Virus record (IMG/VR): IMGVR_UViG_3300032116_000148
Coordinates: 4,861 to 68,860 of that record
DNA from: a virus
Strand: one strand, 5' to 3'
Length of the DNA stretch: 64,000 bases
The position numbers were made by a program, and so were the translations under genes. Positions 8,889 to 17,349 of the stretch are shown here, in pieces; positions within the stretch are counted from its first letter, which is position 1, and each line of letters starts with the position of its first letter. The notes under the pieces are model-generated. The model did not search any database. It was not told where the DNA came from and was given only the letters and a program-made list of their open reading frames with translations.

Positions 8889-11309
8889 TTATCCGCTACA
8901 CATTTCGCATGCCTCAGGGTTATCGAGGGAGCAAGCCAAAGCTTCAGCCATGTCCGTCGTAACTTCAACTTTATCAGCTGGATGTGCGGTCGAAGTAGAA
9001 GCTTTCTTCAAAGCCTCCATATCTATTCCTAGTCCAGCCAAAGCTTCTATTGCAGCCTTAGTTCTGAGATAGTACATGCCCGTCTTTAGACCTCTCTTCC
9101 AAGCGTGGAAGTGAGCTGATGTCAATTTAGCAGGGTTACAATTCTCAATGAAGAGATTCAAGCTCTGACTCTGGCAAATGAAAGCTCCACGGTCAGCCGA
9201 CATATCAATTATGTCCTTCTGTTTCATTTCCCAAACTGTGCGGTAAATTTCTCTGAGGTCTTCGGGAATGTCTGTGATGTTCTGTACAGATCCCTTGTGA
9301 GCAATGAGTCTCAACCTCATCTCTTCTCCCCACATTCCTCTATCGATAAGATCTTCTACGAGATACTTATTGACCACTGTGTATTCTCCTGCGAGAGTTC
9401 TTCTCTTGTAAAGATTGGAAGTGAAAGCTTCAAAAGCTTCATTATTTCCTAAGATCTGCGCAGTAGATGCAGTAGGCATTGGAGCCAAGAGAAGAGAGTT
9501 TCTAACACCATGTTTCATGATCTCTTTCTTTAAGCCATCCCAATCCCAACGAACAGTAGGAGTTACTCCCCACATATCAAATTGGAAAATTCCTTGAGAA
9601 ATAGGGCTTCCTTCGTAAGATTCATATTTCCCTTCCTTCTTCGCCAAATCTTTAGAAGCAGTGAGAGAAGCAAAGTAAATAGTCTCAAATATCTCTCTGT
9701 TCATCTTTTTGGCTTCCTCAGAAGTGAAAGGCAATCCTAAAAGGGCGAACATATCAGCCAGACCTTGGATACCGATTCCGATAGGACGGTGTCTCATGTT
9801 AGAATTTCTAGCTTCAGGTATCGGATAGTAATTGACATCGATAACTCTGTTCAAGTTTTTAGTAATCTGATATGTTACTTCATAGAGTCGTTGGAAGTTA
9901 AAGCTCCTCTTAGACTTGTCTTGTTTTCTAGTCGTAGGATAGTCAATGTATTTCGGAAGAGCAATTGAAGCAAGGTTACATACAGCTGTCTCATCCGCGC
10001 TGGTGTATTCCATGATCTCTGTGCAGAGATTGCTGCCGTGAAGAACTCCTAGATTTTTCTGGTTGTTCTTTTTATTAGCAGAGTCTTTGTAGAGCATGTA
10101 AGGAGTTCCAGTCTCAATCTGAGATTCCAAAATCTTTTGCCATATCTCACGAGCCTTAACGGTTTTTCTGCCACGACCTTCTTGTTCGTATTGCGTGTAG
10201 AGAGCTTCAAACTCTTCACCGTATTTCTCGTGGAGATTAGGTGCCTCACTAGGACTGAAAAGAGTCCAGTCTTGGTCAGTTTCTACGCGTTGCATAAAGA
10301 GATCTGGAATCCAAAGAGCTAAGAAAAGATCTCTGGCTCTCATTTCTTCTTTACCGTGATTCTTTCTAAGATCTAGAAAATCCATCACGTCAGCGTGCCA
10401 AGGTTCTAAATAAACGGCTATTGAGCCTTTTCTCTTTCCTCCTCCTTGATCTACATATCGAGCAGTCTCGTTGAAGACTTTAAGCATCGGTATGAGGCCG
10501 TTAGAAGTTCCGTTAGTCCCTTTAATGTAAGATCCTTTAGCTCTGACATTATGAATGTGAATACCTATCCCTCCTGCATTCTTAGAAATCATAGCGCTAT
10601 CAGCAAGAGTTTTATAGATTCCTTCTAGAGAATCATCTTTCATCATGAGAAGGAAGCATGAAGACAACTGAGGTCTCTTGGTTCCAGCGTTGAATAGGGT
10701 AGGTGTTGCATGAGTGAAGAGACCTTGTGAGAGAAGCTCATAAGTCTCTAAAGCTTCTTTCAAACTGTTGTACCAAACTCCGCATGCCACTCTCATCAAC
10801 ATGTGCTGAGGCCTTTCCGCAGGAAGACCGTTGGTCTTCAAGAGGTAGCTTTTCTCTAAAGTCTTGAAACCGAAATAATCATAGTTAAAATCTCGGTTAT
10901 AATCGATCGCTTCTTCTATCGCGTTCTTGTTCTTCTCAATGAATTTGAAGACTTCATCGCTGATCATTCCGGCATTTTCTCCCGTTTTAGGATCGACATA
11001 TTCATAGAGATCTTTGATAGTCTCGTAAAAAGACTTCTTCGTGCTCTTATGAAGAGAAGTGACGGCGATTCTAGAAGCGAGTATCGAATAATCTGGATGG
11101 AGAGATGTCATGCTAGCAGCAGTTTCTGCTGCCAAGTTGTCCAACTCTATAGTGGTCACTCCATCGTGAACTCCTTGAATGACTTTCTTCGCGACTTCTA
11201 AAGCGTCCACATAGTCTGAGTTCAACCCATACGTCTGTTTTCTGATTCTGATAGTGATTTTATCGTATTTCACGAGCTCTCGGCTCCCGTCTCTCTTAAT
11301 TACCTGCAT
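8889..11309 (-). CDS. nrdA: Class Ia ribonucleotide reductase alpha subunit with ATP cone
   Basis: VIKRDG ATP cone, [34 protein letters not shown]-terminal CEMCSG. Confidence 0.97.
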   Translation of the reverse strand: MQVIKRDGSRELVKYDKITIRIRKQTYGLNSDYVDALEVAKKVIQGVHDGVTTIELDNLAAETAASMTSLHPDYSILASRIAVTSLHKSTKKSFYETIKDLYEYVDPKTGENAGMISDEVFKFIEKNKNAIEEAIDYNRDFNYDYFGFKTLEKSYLLKTNGLPAERPQHMLMRVACGVWYNSLKEALETYELLSQGLFTHATPTLFNAGTKRPQLSSCFLLMMKDDSLEGIYKTLADSAMISKNAGGIGIHIHNVRAKGSYIKGTNGTSNGLIPMLKVFNETARYVDQGGGKRKGSIAVYLEPWHADVMDFLDLRKNHGKEEMRARDLFLALWIPDLFMQRVETDQDWTLFSPSEAPNLHEKYGEEFEALYTQYEQEGRGRKTVKAREIWQKILESQIETGTPYMLYKDSANKKNNQKNLGVLHGSNLCTEIMEYTSADETAVCNLASIALPKYIDYPTTRKQDKSKRSFNFQRLYEVTYQITKNLNRVIDVNYYPIPEARNSNMRHRPIGIGIQGLADMFALLGLPFTSEEAKKMNREIFETIYFASLTASKDLAKKEGKYESYEGSPISQGIFQFDMWGVTPTVRWDWDGLKKEIMKHGVRNSLLLAPMPTASTAQILGNNEAFEAFTSNLYKRRTLAGEYTVVNKYLVEDLIDRGMWGEEMRLRLIAHKGSVQNITDIPEDLREIYRTVWEMKQKDIIDMSADRGAFICQSQSLNLFIENCNPAKLTSAHFHAWKRGLKTGMYYLRTKAAIEALAGLGIDMEALKKASTSTAHPADKVEVTTDMAEALACSLDNPEACEMCSG

Positions 11310-11323
11310 TGTCTTTTTATTTT

Positions 11324-12292
11324 TTAGAAATCTGTGTCAAATGAGAATGTCTCGTTCTCTGACGCCTTGTTAAGAATTCCAGCCTTTTGATACTCTCCTA
11401 CTCTCTTTTCGAAGAAATTAGTTTTTCCTTCGAGAGCGATGTTCTCCATGAAATCGAAAGGGTTCTTAGATCCGTACTCTTTCTCATAACCTAGTGAGAC
11501 GAGAAGTCTGTCAGTAACGAATTCTAAGTACTGCTTCATGAGGTCAGAATTCATTCCAATAAGTCTGACTGGAAGAGCTTCAGTGATGAATTCTTTTTCG
11601 ATGGTAAGAGCTGAGTCTAAGATCTCAAGCACTCTTTCTCTAGACAATTTGTTATCGATGTGGTTGCGATAGAGAAGACATGCAAAATCTGTGTGCATTC
11701 CTTCGTCTCTAGAAATAAGTTCATTAGAGAAAGAAAGACCTGGCATCAACCCTCTTTTCTTTAACCAGAAGATGGAACAAAAACTGCCTGAGAAGAAAAT
11801 ACCTTCGACTGCTGCGAAAGCGATGAGTCTCTCGACAAAATGGGGACTGTTAATCCAACGAAGAGCCCATTCCGCCTTTTTGCTTACAGCTGGCACGTTT
11901 TCAAGGGCATTGAACAGAAAGTCCTTTTCTGCTGAATCAGTGATGTAAGTATCGATGAGAAGCGAATACACTTCAGAGTGTATGTTCTCGATCATGATCT
12001 GAAAGCCATAAAAACAGCGAGCTTCTGCGTATTGTACTTCTGAAAGAAAATTGACTCCTAGATTTTCATTAACGATACCGTCAGATGCAGCAAAGAATGC
12101 AAGGACGTGTTTAATGAAATGCTGCTCGTCTGCATTTAACTTTTCTCTCCAATCAGTAAGATCTTGAGCTAGATCAATCTCTTCAGCGGTCCAGAAAGCA
12201 GCTTGGTGTGTCTTGTACATTTGCCAGATATCGTGGTGCTTTATTGGGAAAAGCACGAAACGATTAGGTTCTTCAATCAGAATTTTCTCCAT
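11324..12292 (-). CDS. nrdB: Class Ia ribonucleotide reductase beta subunit
   Basis: [54 protein letters not shown]. Confidence 0.97.
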   Translation of the reverse strand: MEKILIEEPNRFVLFPIKHHDIWQMYKTHQAAFWTAEEIDLAQDLTDWREKLNADEQHFIKHVLAFFAASDGIVNENLGVNFLSEVQYAEARCFYGFQIMIENIHSEVYSLLIDTYITDSAEKDFLFNALENVPAVSKKAEWALRWINSPHFVERLIAFAAVEGIFFSGSFCSIFWLKKRGLMPGLSFSNELISRDEGMHTDFACLLYRNHIDNKLSRERVLEILDSALTIEKEFITEALPVRLIGMNSDLMKQYLEFVTDRLLVSLGYEKEYGSKNPFDFMENIALEGKTNFFEKRVGEYQKAGILNKASENETFSFDTDF

Positions 12293-12322
12293 TTTATAGT
12301 CGATTTATTGTTTTTACGTGAT

Positions 12323-12350
12323 AAAAAAATCCTCCATCTTTCGAAGAGGA
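12323..12350 (-). terminator. Terminator-like hairpin upstream of nrdB
   Basis: UCCUC...GAGGA followed by U7. Confidence 0.6.
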
Positions 12351-12396
12351 CGGAACTAGTCTTTGATACGTGTTGTCACATATCTGCTTAGTTGTT

Positions 12397-12404
12397 CTAT
12401 ATAT
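12397..12404 (-). promoter_or_regulatory. Late-type promoter motif
   Basis: ATATATAG(AACAA). Confidence 0.55.
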
Positions 12405-12433
12405 TTTTGGGATGCCCCTCGCGGAAGTAGAAA

Positions 12434-13846
12434 TCATAGCTCGTTTTTTATGTTCTTAATTTCTTCTCTTAATTTTTCAGCTTCGACTTGATACTTCTTA
12501 GATTCTCCTTTGTAGACCTTTCGATTTGTGTAGAGCTCTGTCAAGATGTTCTTGAGAATAGAATCATCCTTCTTATAGATGGCACCTGTTACCGATACGA
12601 TCTTATCAGGAGATTTTTCTTTCAGAGCTTCGACAGGATCGATCTTCTTGATGAAAGATTCAGGGCTGATATTGATCTGCCTCATGATCGATGGATATAG
12701 AGAAGCAAAGTCAAAGCAGGCAACTGCTCTGTGCATTCCTACGACAGGAGCTTTTACATAGGCTCCAGTATATTGTGTGTCTTTTCTTGAATCTTCAACG
12801 AAGTTTCTGGCCATTACTTTATTCTGAGCTAAGAATTTTCGGCAGAGCATCGATTCAGTAATTGCGACCGGTGAAGCTGCTTTGTAAATTCCAATCCTAC
12901 ACATAGTAGCAATAGTCAATGCAATATCCATCGTTCTCAATTTCTGATGGATGAGATATACGAGACAGGTATCTACCACGTTGTAATAGACGTATTTTGT
13001 ATATTCTTTTTCGTACAAATCTTGGATGGTACCGCTATACTTGATTTTTTTCAATCCAACTACTGCTTCGGCTGTAGAATCGAGAGTAAAGTTTTCTTTG
13101 ATAAAATCTGAACGATCCCATTTTCGATAGAGTTCCAAGTAGTCCATCATTCCTACGTGAAGAGGGAGATTTTCCTTTCCCCAGAGTTCTCCGACTGGGC
13201 TTGATATTGCTGGATCTATTGCTAGCTTGGAAGCTCGATTGACAAGATATTTCCAGTCAAAGTTAATGAAGTTCCAACCTGTGATCATTGGAAACTTTGA
13301 AACGAAAGATTTGAAGAATGTATAGAGAAGATCGTATTCTGAATCAAATTTCTTATAGACAAAACTAAATCTCGTATTTGTGTCTTTGAAATAGTCATCG
13401 ACATCATTTTGAATCTTCTGTTGTTGATCTTGGGGAAGATCTCCAGTAGCCAAAACAATCGCTTGTGCGTTTGGTGTAACTATTGCTATGGTAGTGACCG
13501 GTGTATCTGCTCTATCGGCTTCAGGGAAGCCGTCCTTGACTTCAACCTCGATATCTACAAAATAGGTCTTTGGTAAGTTGTAACCAAATATCTCTTCAGT
13601 TTCCTCAAAGGATAGCTCATCGATGAATTGGATGAGAGAGTATTTGTCTAGTGATTTTGAAGCCGTTCTTTTGACTGGTCGGCCGTCCCAGTTTCTGAAT
13701 TTATCTGATTTGTTCTTGTCTCTTTCTTCACAGACTTCCCAGTTGGCGACTTGGCTTACTTTATACTGTTTGTAGTTAGTGTTGCCTTCTTTGTCGTAAT
13801 ATGAAATTGTAAGGTTCGTCCCTCTCTGTTGTACATCAAGCAGCAT
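12434..13846 (-). CDS. gp43A: Family B DNA polymerase, N-terminal subunit of a split gp43 (3'-5' exonuclease + motif A)
   Basis: ExoI DIEVE, ExoII GWNFINFD, ExoIII YNVVD, YTGAYV, motif A DFASLYPSIM; ends in the fingers helix ELYTNRKVYK plus a coiled coil. Confidence 0.92.
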   Translation of the reverse strand: MLLDVQQRGTNLTISYYDKEGNTNYKQYKVSQVANWEVCEERDKNKSDKFRNWDGRPVKRTASKSLDKYSLIQFIDELSFEETEEIFGYNLPKTYFVDIEVEVKDGFPEADRADTPVTTIAIVTPNAQAIVLATGDLPQDQQQKIQNDVDDYFKDTNTRFSFVYKKFDSEYDLLYTFFKSFVSKFPMITGWNFINFDWKYLVNRASKLAIDPAISSPVGELWGKENLPLHVGMMDYLELYRKWDRSDFIKENFTLDSTAEAVVGLKKIKYSGTIQDLYEKEYTKYVYYNVVDTCLVYLIHQKLRTMDIALTIATMCRIGIYKAASPVAITESMLCRKFLAQNKVMARNFVEDSRKDTQYTGAYVKAPVVGMHRAVACFDFASLYPSIMRQINISPESFIKKIDPVEALKEKSPDKIVSVTGAIYKKDDSILKNILTELYTNRKVYKGESKKYQVEAEKLREEIKNIKNEL

Positions 13847-13855
13847 ATCTTTATT

Positions 13856-13880
13856 TTATCTCTCATCTCTAAATAGTTTC
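13856..13880 (-). promoter_or_regulatory. GAAAC-class promoter (polymerase N-subunit)
   Basis: GAAAC-N14-AGATAA. Confidence 0.55.
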
Positions 13881-13883
13881 TCA

Positions 13884-14351
13884 TCAGTAGCCTCTTTTTT
13901 GGCGATCGATGTTCTCTTTGTTCTTGCTCATATACATGTTGTACATTTCTTGGGGTGTCATTCCTACTGATACGGCCATGTTCATGAAAAAATGCAAGAT
14001 GTCTATAATCTCGAACTTACATTCTAATTGATCATTCTCTGAAAGATCTGAGAACTTAATGTCTGAATAAGTTGAGTAAGCCTTCTTCCACCTTTTCCAG
14101 ATAGCGCTTCCGTTACCGTCTTTAATGCCACCGAGAGCGTCTGTAGCTTCGTGAATCTCATCAAGGAGAGCGTGGTTGTTCATGTGCCAGAATCCCATAA
14201 GATCTCTAAGAGTCATGTTCTCAAAATCCCACCCGTAAATCTCTTTCTGAGTGTACGCCTGAGTGTTGAGGATGTCTCCGAGTGTGTCCTTAGAGGAACT
14301 GTGCAAATTTTCGATCTCTAATTGAGAACAGCTGTTGTCAATGTTTGCCAT
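13884..14351 (-). CDS. All-alpha dimeric dUTPase / T4 gp56-like dCTP-dUTP pyrophosphatase
   Basis: DEIHE, WKRWK, FEIIDILHF, KNKENIDRQKRGY. Confidence 0.85.
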   Translation of the reverse strand: MANIDNSCSQLEIENLHSSSKDTLGDILNTQAYTQKEIYGWDFENMTLRDLMGFWHMNNHALLDEIHEATDALGGIKDGNGSAIWKRWKKAYSTYSDIKFSDLSENDQLECKFEIIDILHFFMNMAVSVGMTPQEMYNMYMSKNKENIDRQKRGY

Positions 14352-14370
14352 ATTTCTTTCTTTTGCTTAG

Positions 14371-14399
14371 ATTATAGTGCACGAAAGAAAAGTGTTTCA
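14371..14399 (-). promoter_or_regulatory. GAAAC-class promoter (dUTPase)
   Basis: TGAAAC-N16-CTATAAT. Confidence 0.65.
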
Positions 14400-14402
14400 A
14401 AG

Positions 14403-14431
14403 AAAAAGAGGACTTTTTAAGGTCCTCTTTT
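14403..14431. terminator. Intrinsic terminator, possibly bidirectional
   Basis: AAAAGAGGAC-loop-GTCCTCTTTT. Confidence 0.8.
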
Positions 14432-14519
14432 GTATTCACAATTCCAACACGTCTCAGGGATCTCTCCGTCCTAGCGCGAAAACCTTGCTGGTATCTCGAC
14501 AAGCAGGTGGTGATTGAAA

Positions 14520-15290
14520 TCAACGCCAACCCTCAAGAGACTTTCGAAAAGAGATGAATTCCTCAACTGCATCTATCACGCTTTTCGATCTGCTAGATTT
14601 TGCTAGATCAAGTAATTGTTCATGATCGAGCATTTCGAATTTCGAGCGTGAGGTACGAGGCGATAATTTATCAAGAGAAAAGTGAGTTTGCCCGAAGGGG
14701 TCTTTATCTAAAGGATACGCAATTGCATTTTTCATAGCGAAGTTTAAAGCTTGTTTAGCGTCTTTCTCATTCAAAAACCTACCAGGCATTGCATATTCTC
14801 TGTAATCTGAATTAGGATAATTCTCGTAAAGCGCTAATCGAAGCGAAGGTGCCTTAGAATTTGTACCTGCGAATTTGAAGTCAGCTTCAACAGAAAAATG
14901 TTTTATGAATGGCGCAAGTATGTTTTCTGCTTCGGCTAAAATGTCTGCAGGAACTGGAGAAGGTGTGTTGGCGATTCTCTTTTGTAAGTCTCTATAGTAA
15001 TTTTCATCAACTCTTGCGCTATCAAGCCCTTCTTGAATTGAATCTGCATTAATCGTAAGCTCTTCTACATTAAACGCATCGTCAATCGGCCCCCTAGAAT
15101 AAAGTCTACTATTTCCTGTATTATATTCAAACGTTAATTTCTTCAAGAGATCAATATATTTTTGGGCAGCATTTTTGTTATCGAAGAGAAAATTGCCAGC
15201 CTCATATACTTTCATTGTTCCCTTATTCTCAATTATACGTTCAGAAGAGAGAGAAACGATGAAGTCTTCGTAAAGTTTTACGTATTTCAT
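14520..15290 (-). CDS. Putative internal head protein with capsid-targeting-like N-terminus
   Basis: Starts MKYVKLYEDF; TATAAATA upstream at 15313-15320. Confidence 0.55.
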   Translation of the reverse strand: MKYVKLYEDFIVSLSSERIIENKGTMKVYEAGNFLFDNKNAAQKYIDLLKKLTFEYNTGNSRLYSRGPIDDAFNVEELTINADSIQEGLDSARVDENYYRDLQKRIANTPSPVPADILAEAENILAPFIKHFSVEADFKFAGTNSKAPSLRLALYENYPNSDYREYAMPGRFLNEKDAKQALNFAMKNAIAYPLDKDPFGQTHFSLDKLSPRTSRSKFEMLDHEQLLDLAKSSRSKSVIDAVEEFISFRKSLEGWR

Positions 15291-15312
15291 ATTTTTTGTT
15301 TTGTTAGCATGT

Positions 15313-15320
15313 TATTTATA
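15313..15320 (-). promoter_or_regulatory. T4-type late promoter
   Basis: Exact TATAAATA overlapping the upstream stop codon. Confidence 0.55.
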
Positions 15321-16197
15321 CGAGTTTCTTGAGATCTTTGTTAGCATCATCGATAGTCTTCGATTCTTTCTTGAAGACTCCGAGAAGCTTGTTGATCGCT
15401 CCCTTGATGGCATTCTTGATCTTGTCAAAGATTGAAGCTTCTGCTACAACCACTTTATCGATGGAGAAGCTGTGCTTTACCTGAGTGACTTTTTTGCTTG
15501 CTTCGAGAGCCTCTTCAAGAACTCTACGAGTTGCCGCATTTACTTTACCGAGAGCGTTTTCAAAAGCAGTCTTGTAGGATGCATCTTTTCTCTCTCCACC
15601 GAAGCGGGAGACCTTGATCACGAACCCTTCAGTCTCAGCCAACTTATCGCCGACTTCTTTCATTCCATCAAGCATCGGCTTGACTTCTCCTTCGAACTGC
15701 TTGAATGCGAGCTTCTTTTCTTCAAGCTCGGCTTCCATTCTCTTAATCTCATTCTGGAGATCGTAGAATTCAGCGATGCTTGCTTTAACTCCTGGATCAT
15801 CGATGAAAGCTTCAAAGACGAATTCTTCAAACATCTTTACTATTTTCATATCTTTCTTTGTTTTTAATCTTTTGCGAGAAGCCGGTACGTCTCCGGATCC
15901 TGTTCTTTGAGTAGGAAATGACGTGAGATCTCCTGGATCTCCTGAAAAAGAGACAGCTCCCATTCCATTGACATTAGATGGAGTAGCCATCGACTCGTCC
16001 TTCTTCTTTACTTTGTTAGGCAAGCCTTTGTGTTTTGTGGCTGCAAAATCTTTCAGCTGCTTCTGGGTCATTCCCTGAGAGAGATCTTCTATCTCGTCTC
16101 TGTACTGGGGATTGATATCAGATGGATCAAGATCACCCTTTTTAAGAGCATAAGCTTGAGCCATGAGCCGTTGTTGTGCTATTGAACGTGCTGGCAT
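15316..16197 (-). CDS. Modular putative internal head protein: DUF3008-like N-terminus, internal capsid-targeting motif, coiled coil
   Basis: MPARSIAQQR...MTQKQLKDFAATKHKGLP resembles DUF3008; internal MKIVKMFEEFVFEA. Confidence 0.55.
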   Translation of the reverse strand: MPARSIAQQRLMAQAYALKKGDLDPSDINPQYRDEIEDLSQGMTQKQLKDFAATKHKGLPNKVKKKDESMATPSNVNGMGAVSFSGDPGDLTSFPTQRTGSGDVPASRKRLKTKKDMKIVKMFEEFVFEAFIDDPGVKASIAEFYDLQNEIKRMEAELEEKKLAFKQFEGEVKPMLDGMKEVGDKLAETEGFVIKVSRFGGERKDASYKTAFENALGKVNAATRRVLEEALEASKKVTQVKHSFSIDKVVVAEASIFDKIKNAIKGAINKLLGVFKKESKTIDDANKDLKKLV

Positions 16198-16209
16198 CTT
16201 TGCTTTTTG

Positions 16210-17349
16210 TTATCTTTTAACTTGAATTTCATCATCTAAAATGATGCTGTAATCTTCGACAAAAGCTTCAATGTCTTCTTTAGATCCTACGATAGAAAAA
16301 CCTGATGAAGTTCTATCTTCAACATCTAAATTATAGTCTTTTTTAATTTCTTTATCAGATCCTCCCGGTTTTCTTCTATCGTCTATGTATGCAATATATT
16401 TTTCATCGTTCTTTTCACGAAGAGGACCAGAACCGCCTGCGCCTAGTGCAAGTTCAGTGTTCTTCTTTAACCATGCTAGAGCTTTGCCAGCTGAATACTT
16501 GAGCATCTTCTTGAAAGTAGTGGCCACGTCTTCAATGTTCCCACCTGGCTTAGCCTGGTAGCCGTAGACTTTACCGTTGATGCTCACATAGAAAAAGTCT
16601 TTAGTGAGATCGAGTGGATCGACGATGAGGTTTTCTTCTAAGCCGAATTCTTCGTAAATTTCAAGAACTTCGGATTCGTTGAGGGCGCTCATGATCACAT
16701 GGCCGCTCTTAGTCAAAGAATAGTATTTTATACCGTCCTCTTCTTCAACTTTGAAAAAGTGAGAGTTACGGCTGATCCACTTCGTAGGAGCTCCAGCCTT
16801 AGAGACTGCATCCATGAAATCCTGTTCTGCGACTCTGCCGTTTCTTAAGATTTCGAGAACCTTATTACGAACTGGAGCGTTAGCATAAACGTGGTTGAGG
16901 GCGATGCGGCCTTCGTGGAGATTTTCATTTTCTCCGTCTTGAGCCATGTGGGCAGCTTCATCGTATAGAGAAGTTGGTAGATCATATCCAGCTTTCTTGG
17001 CAGCCGCATGAGCTTTATTATAATCGTTCGGTAATGCGCCGCCGAAAAAATCTAACACCGAGAAGGCGTCTGGAAATTTCTTGGCTTCATTGATGAACTG
17101 TTCGAAGAGTTTTAAGTGCTTCATTATGCTATGTGTTTTTAGATTCATTGGTGAATTGCTCTCGCCTACGAAGAAGTCTGCTTCTTTACCGTTGAGAGTC
17201 TTCCCGTCTTCCCAGGTGAGACCGATCATGTGGCCGTTAGCTGCTTTGATCATGTAATCGCCTTTCGCCTTGACTACTTGGTAACCTTTGTTGCTCCAGT
17301 AGACCTTTTTGCCAGCGTCTACAGCTGCTTTTATTTCCTGAGCGTTCAT
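16210..17349 (-). CDS. Modular putative internal head polyprotein
   Basis: Internal MKHLKLFEQFINEA; segments punctuated by VGE, INE, LHE, LNE, LEE, LRE. Confidence 0.55.
   Translation of the reverse strand: MNAQEIKAAVDAGKKVYWSNKGYQVVKAKGDYMIKAANGHMIGLTWEDGKTLNGKEADFFVGESNSPMNLKTHSIMKHLKLFEQFINEAKKFPDAFSVLDFFGGALPNDYNKAHAAAKKAGYDLPTSLYDEAAHMAQDGENENLHEGRIALNHVYANAPVRNKVLEILRNGRVAEQDFMDAVSKAGAPTKWISRNSHFFKVEEEDGIKYYSLTKSGHVIMSALNESEVLEIYEEFGLEENLIVDPLDLTKDFFYVSINGKVYGYQAKPGGNIEDVATTFKKMLKYSAGKALAWLKKNTELALGAGGSGPLREKNDEKYIAYIDDRRKPGGSDKEIKKDYNLDVEDRTSSGFSIVGSKEDIEAFVEDYSIILDDEIQVKR

Noticed and set aside
12392-12410. NrdR box upstream of nrdB
   Set aside because: AATATATAG partly fits the core, but the flanks do not and the same motif precedes structural genes, so a late promoter is simpler.
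7768-12434. Intein or intron explaining the polymerase split
   Set aside because: No intein terminal residues or homing endonuclease; the interval holds ordinary genes, promoters and terminators.
14338-14529. 63-aa minus-strand ORF
   Set aside because: TTG start overlapping another gene's end and running through a terminator and promoter.
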